A stretch of 32,000 bases of DNA from Sulfolobus acidocaldarius DSM 639 (GTDB lineage: Archaea > Thermoproteota > Thermoprotei_A > Sulfolobales > Sulfolobaceae). The position numbers were made by a program, and so were the translations under genes. Shown piece after piece: positions 29,618 to 32,000 of this stretch (position 1 is the first letter of the stretch; each line of letters begins with the position of its first letter). Under the pieces are notes generated by a model. The model did not search any database. It saw only the letters and a program-made list of their open reading frames with translations, and was not told where the DNA came from. The stretch lies in assembly GCF_000012285.1 (NCBI RefSeq), contig NC_007181.1, forward strand, positions 240,001-272,000. Direction: 5' to 3'.

Positions 29618-30802
29618 GTGGAGTTTGATGTTATAGTTATAGGAGCAGGACCAGCAGGATCAGCTGCTGCTCTTACTGCAGCAAAAGGAGGAGCTAAAGT
29701 ACTTCTCCTGGAAAAGGGACCTGAACCAGGATCAAAAAATGTCTCCGGAGCGATGATAAGGACAGAGGAAATCGCAAAAGTATTTGATACATCATCAATG
29801 CCATTTGAGAGAAAAGTGAAAAATGTTGATTTAATATTCATGGACTCTACAGGGAAAGTGAGAATCAGTGTAGATATATCATCAGGTCTAATAAACGTAG
29901 GTAGACTTAAGCTCGATAAATGGATGGCTCAACAAGCTGAGAAAGCTGGTGCAGTTTTAGTGACTAAGACCACTGCTTTGGGTGTAGAAAAAGATGGTGA
30001 AAAGTACAAAGTAGTTACTGACAGGGGAAGTATTAGTGGAAGCAAGGTTGTTTTAGCTGAAGGAGTTAATGCGTTAATTTCCATGGGAATGAAAATTAGA
30101 CCTGATCTAGAGCCTGAACATTCAGTTCAAGCTGTAAAGGAAGTATACAATTTGAATAAGGACGAAATAAATAAGAGGTTAGGATTTAAGAGCGATGAAG
30201 AGGGTTCCAGCTGGAGAATATTTGGCACTAACCCAGTTCCTTATGCTGGATTCCTTTACACATACAAGGACGCTATTGCAATAGGTGTAGGTATTCCAAT
30301 GTCTATACTAATAAAGAAGAAGATCTCTCCTTACACAGTATTGGATGAACTTAAAGAGAGACTAGGAATTAATGAACTTGTTAAAGGCGGGTCTCTTAGG
30401 GAGTATTCTGCAAAAGTCATACCAGAACAGGGATTCCCTTCATATAGAGCCTGTTCTGGTAAAATATACCTCGCAGGTGACTCCATAGGTTTAATTAACG
30501 CATTAACATTCAATGGCATAGGACCGGCAGTTATTTCTGGATCTATAGCAGGTAAAGCGGCTCTAGAGGGATATGAGTGTTTCAAGTACGAAGAAGAGCT
30601 TATGAAAGACAAGGAGATTAAAGGAGTTGTAAAGGCTAGACCTCTGATACAAGAGTTAACTAAGGAAGAGAACTTGAACTATTATGTAAACTTCCTGGGG
30701 GATGCACTTCATTCATGGGCTTATGGTTCCCTTTCCCTTAATTTAGATATGCCCAGACTTATTAAACACTTAATGTTAGGTATGGGGGTGTTAAAAGCAT
30801 GA
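29618..30802 (+). CDS. fixC: FixC-like FAD-dependent oxidoreductase
   Basis: 394 aa; VIVIGAGPAGSAAALTAAKGG, GSKNVSGAM, LAGDSIGLINALTFNGIGPAVISGSIAG. Confidence 0.94.
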   Translation: MEFDVIVIGAGPAGSAAALTAAKGGAKVLLLEKGPEPGSKNVSGAMIRTEEIAKVFDTSSMPFERKVKNVDLIFMDSTGKVRISVDISSGLINVGRLKLDKWMAQQAEKAGAVLVTKTTALGVEKDGEKYKVVTDRGSISGSKVVLAEGVNALISMGMKIRPDLEPEHSVQAVKEVYNLNKDEINKRLGFKSDEEGSSWRIFGTNPVPYAGFLYTYKDAIAIGVGIPMSILIKKKISPYTVLDELKERLGINELVKGGSLREYSAKVIPEQGFPSYRACSGKIYLAGDSIGLINALTFNGIGPAVISGSIAGKAALEGYECFKYEEELMKDKEIKGVVKARPLIQELTKEENLNYYVNFLGDALHSWAYGSLSLNLDMPRLIKHLMLGMGVLKA

Positions 30803-31089
30803 GAATTGAGGAAAGGTTATATACTTTAAGATATAAGAGAGACGAAAAACCACACTTATCAATAATTGAGCCCAATAAGTGTCAAAAGTGTGCTGAAATT
30901 AATGGAGTACCTGAACCATGTATCGTTGTTTGCCCAGCAAATGTGTACTCATGGGTAGACAACAATAGAATAGTAGTATCCTATGAGAACTGTGTTGAGT
31001 GCGGAGCCTGTAGAATAGCATGTCCATTCGATAATATTTCCTGGAAGTATCCAAGATATGGTCTCGGAGTAGCATTTAGATATGGGTAA
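30799..31089 (+). CDS. fixX: FixX-like ferredoxin
   Basis: 96 aa; CQKCAEINGVPEPCIVVCPANVY...CVECGACRIACPFDN...GLGVAFRYG; 4-nt overlap with fixC. Confidence 0.93.
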   Translation: MRIEERLYTLRYKRDEKPHLSIIEPNKCQKCAEINGVPEPCIVVCPANVYSWVDNNRIVVSYENCVECGACRIACPFDNISWKYPRYGLGVAFRYG

Positions 31090-31191
31090 CAACGAGATAT
31101 AAAAGACAAGTTTAATGATGTTTTTATTTAATTTATTTTAAACGTTCTAACCCCTTTGCTTTAAAACTAATATTTTATTCCTCTACGCGTT

Positions 31192-31959
31192 TTAGAGATC
31201 GATTCTTTCGGGGTGAGTATACACATTAAAGCTATTCCCTCTGACAAAACCAACAAGTGTTGCACCTGCGTCCTCTGCAATTTCTATAGCTTTACTCGTT
31301 GGTGCTGAAATACCGCTTATAATCGGAATTCCTGCTTTTATTGCCTTACTTACAATTTCATAACCTATTCTACCACTAACCTGAAGTATACCTTCAGTGA
31401 AAGGAAGTCGCCTCTTGTGGATTAAACTTCCTATTATCTTATCAACAGCGTTATGTCTCCCTACGTCTTCATATATACTTATTAATTCTCCACTAAGTGT
31501 AAACAGAGCAGCTGCGTGTAAACCACCAGTAATATTAAATACTCCCTGATTACTCCTCAGTTTCTCAGGAAGGGAAATAATAACCTCATTACTGGTCTTT
31601 GCGTCAGATTTTAGTAATTCAATAGCATTAAGAAAGCCTCTACCACAGATTCCACAACTAGAGTTAATAACAAAATTTCTCGTCTCTACAAATTTACCAT
31701 TGGTTAGCCTTACATGTATTTCGTTATCAGATAGCATACTGATTTCTTCAACATCCCTTAAACTATTAATGTAATCCTCGTAATAGAGAAACCCTAACGT
31801 GAGCTCTAAGTCATTACCAGGAGTCCTCATTATTATGGCTAAATTTTTTTCGTTTACAAAAATTTGAAGGGGCTCCTCAACAGCCACAAAATCCTCGGAA
31901 CTGGCTCTGTAACCGTCCTTAACCTTACTGATCTTGACTTTCCTTATTTGCACTACCAA
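31192..31959 (-). CDS. fdhD: FdhD family formate dehydrogenase accessory sulfurtransferase
   Basis: 255 aa; EEPLQIFVNEK, RTPGNDLELTLGFL, SSCGICGRG, TGGLHAAALF, YEDVGRHNAVDKIIG, SGISAPTSKAIEIAEDAGATLVGFVRG. Confidence 0.95.
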   Translation of the reverse strand: MVVQIRKVKISKVKDGYRASSEDFVAVEEPLQIFVNEKNLAIIMRTPGNDLELTLGFLYYEDYINSLRDVEEISMLSDNEIHVRLTNGKFVETRNFVINSSCGICGRGFLNAIELLKSDAKTSNEVIISLPEKLRSNQGVFNITGGLHAAALFTLSGELISIYEDVGRHNAVDKIIGSLIHKRRLPFTEGILQVSGRIGYEIVSKAIKAGIPIISGISAPTSKAIEIAEDAGATLVGFVRGNSFNVYTHPERIDL

Positions 31960-32000
31960 TCGCCTTTAATAATTTCAACAACAAGTATAAGCCTCTCCTA

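Noticed and set aside
28219-29841. Three long minus-strand ORFs (136, 167 and 137 aa) antisense to the fused ETF and start of fixC.
   Set aside because: Ser/Pro-rich shadow translations of well-supported ETF/FixC coding sequence; no independent family signal.

Overview
This 32 kb window looks like ordinary, gene-dense chromosome from a thermoacidophilic crenarchaeon, most likely Sulfolobales. The clues are low GC, very short leaders with GTG/TTG starts, archaeal protein families, and a split plus a fused ETF/FixABCX set. The best-supported content is: a TauE/SafE-DUF1634 cluster (partial at the left edge); DedA; a CBS-pair protein; an archaeal-type ATPase; a split etfB-etfA-fixC cluster with a convergent fixX-like ferredoxin; a compact glucan phosphorylase; an MFS transporter; a radical SAM/SPASM protein; a GlcD-type FAD oxidase overlapping NMN adenylyltransferase; a 2-haloacid-dehalogenase-like HAD protein; a muconolactone-isomerase-like protein; SBP56/methanethiol-oxidase-like with an overlapping membrane-protein gene; acetyl-CoA synthetase; a lipoate island (ligase, stand-alone lipoyl domain, LipA, octanoyltransferase-like); a CitE-like lyase; a PaaI thioesterase; a fused EtfBA-FixC-FixX operon; and FdhD. 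I see no CRISPR array, intact transposon, tRNA or rRNA. Nothing clearly reads as a new defence system. The best second-look items are the lipoate island, the cysteine-deficient FixX of the split ETF system, paired palindromic repeats 100 bp apart at the ATPase start, the SBP56-membrane protein overlap, and a relic hairpin resembling an IS200/IS605 right end.
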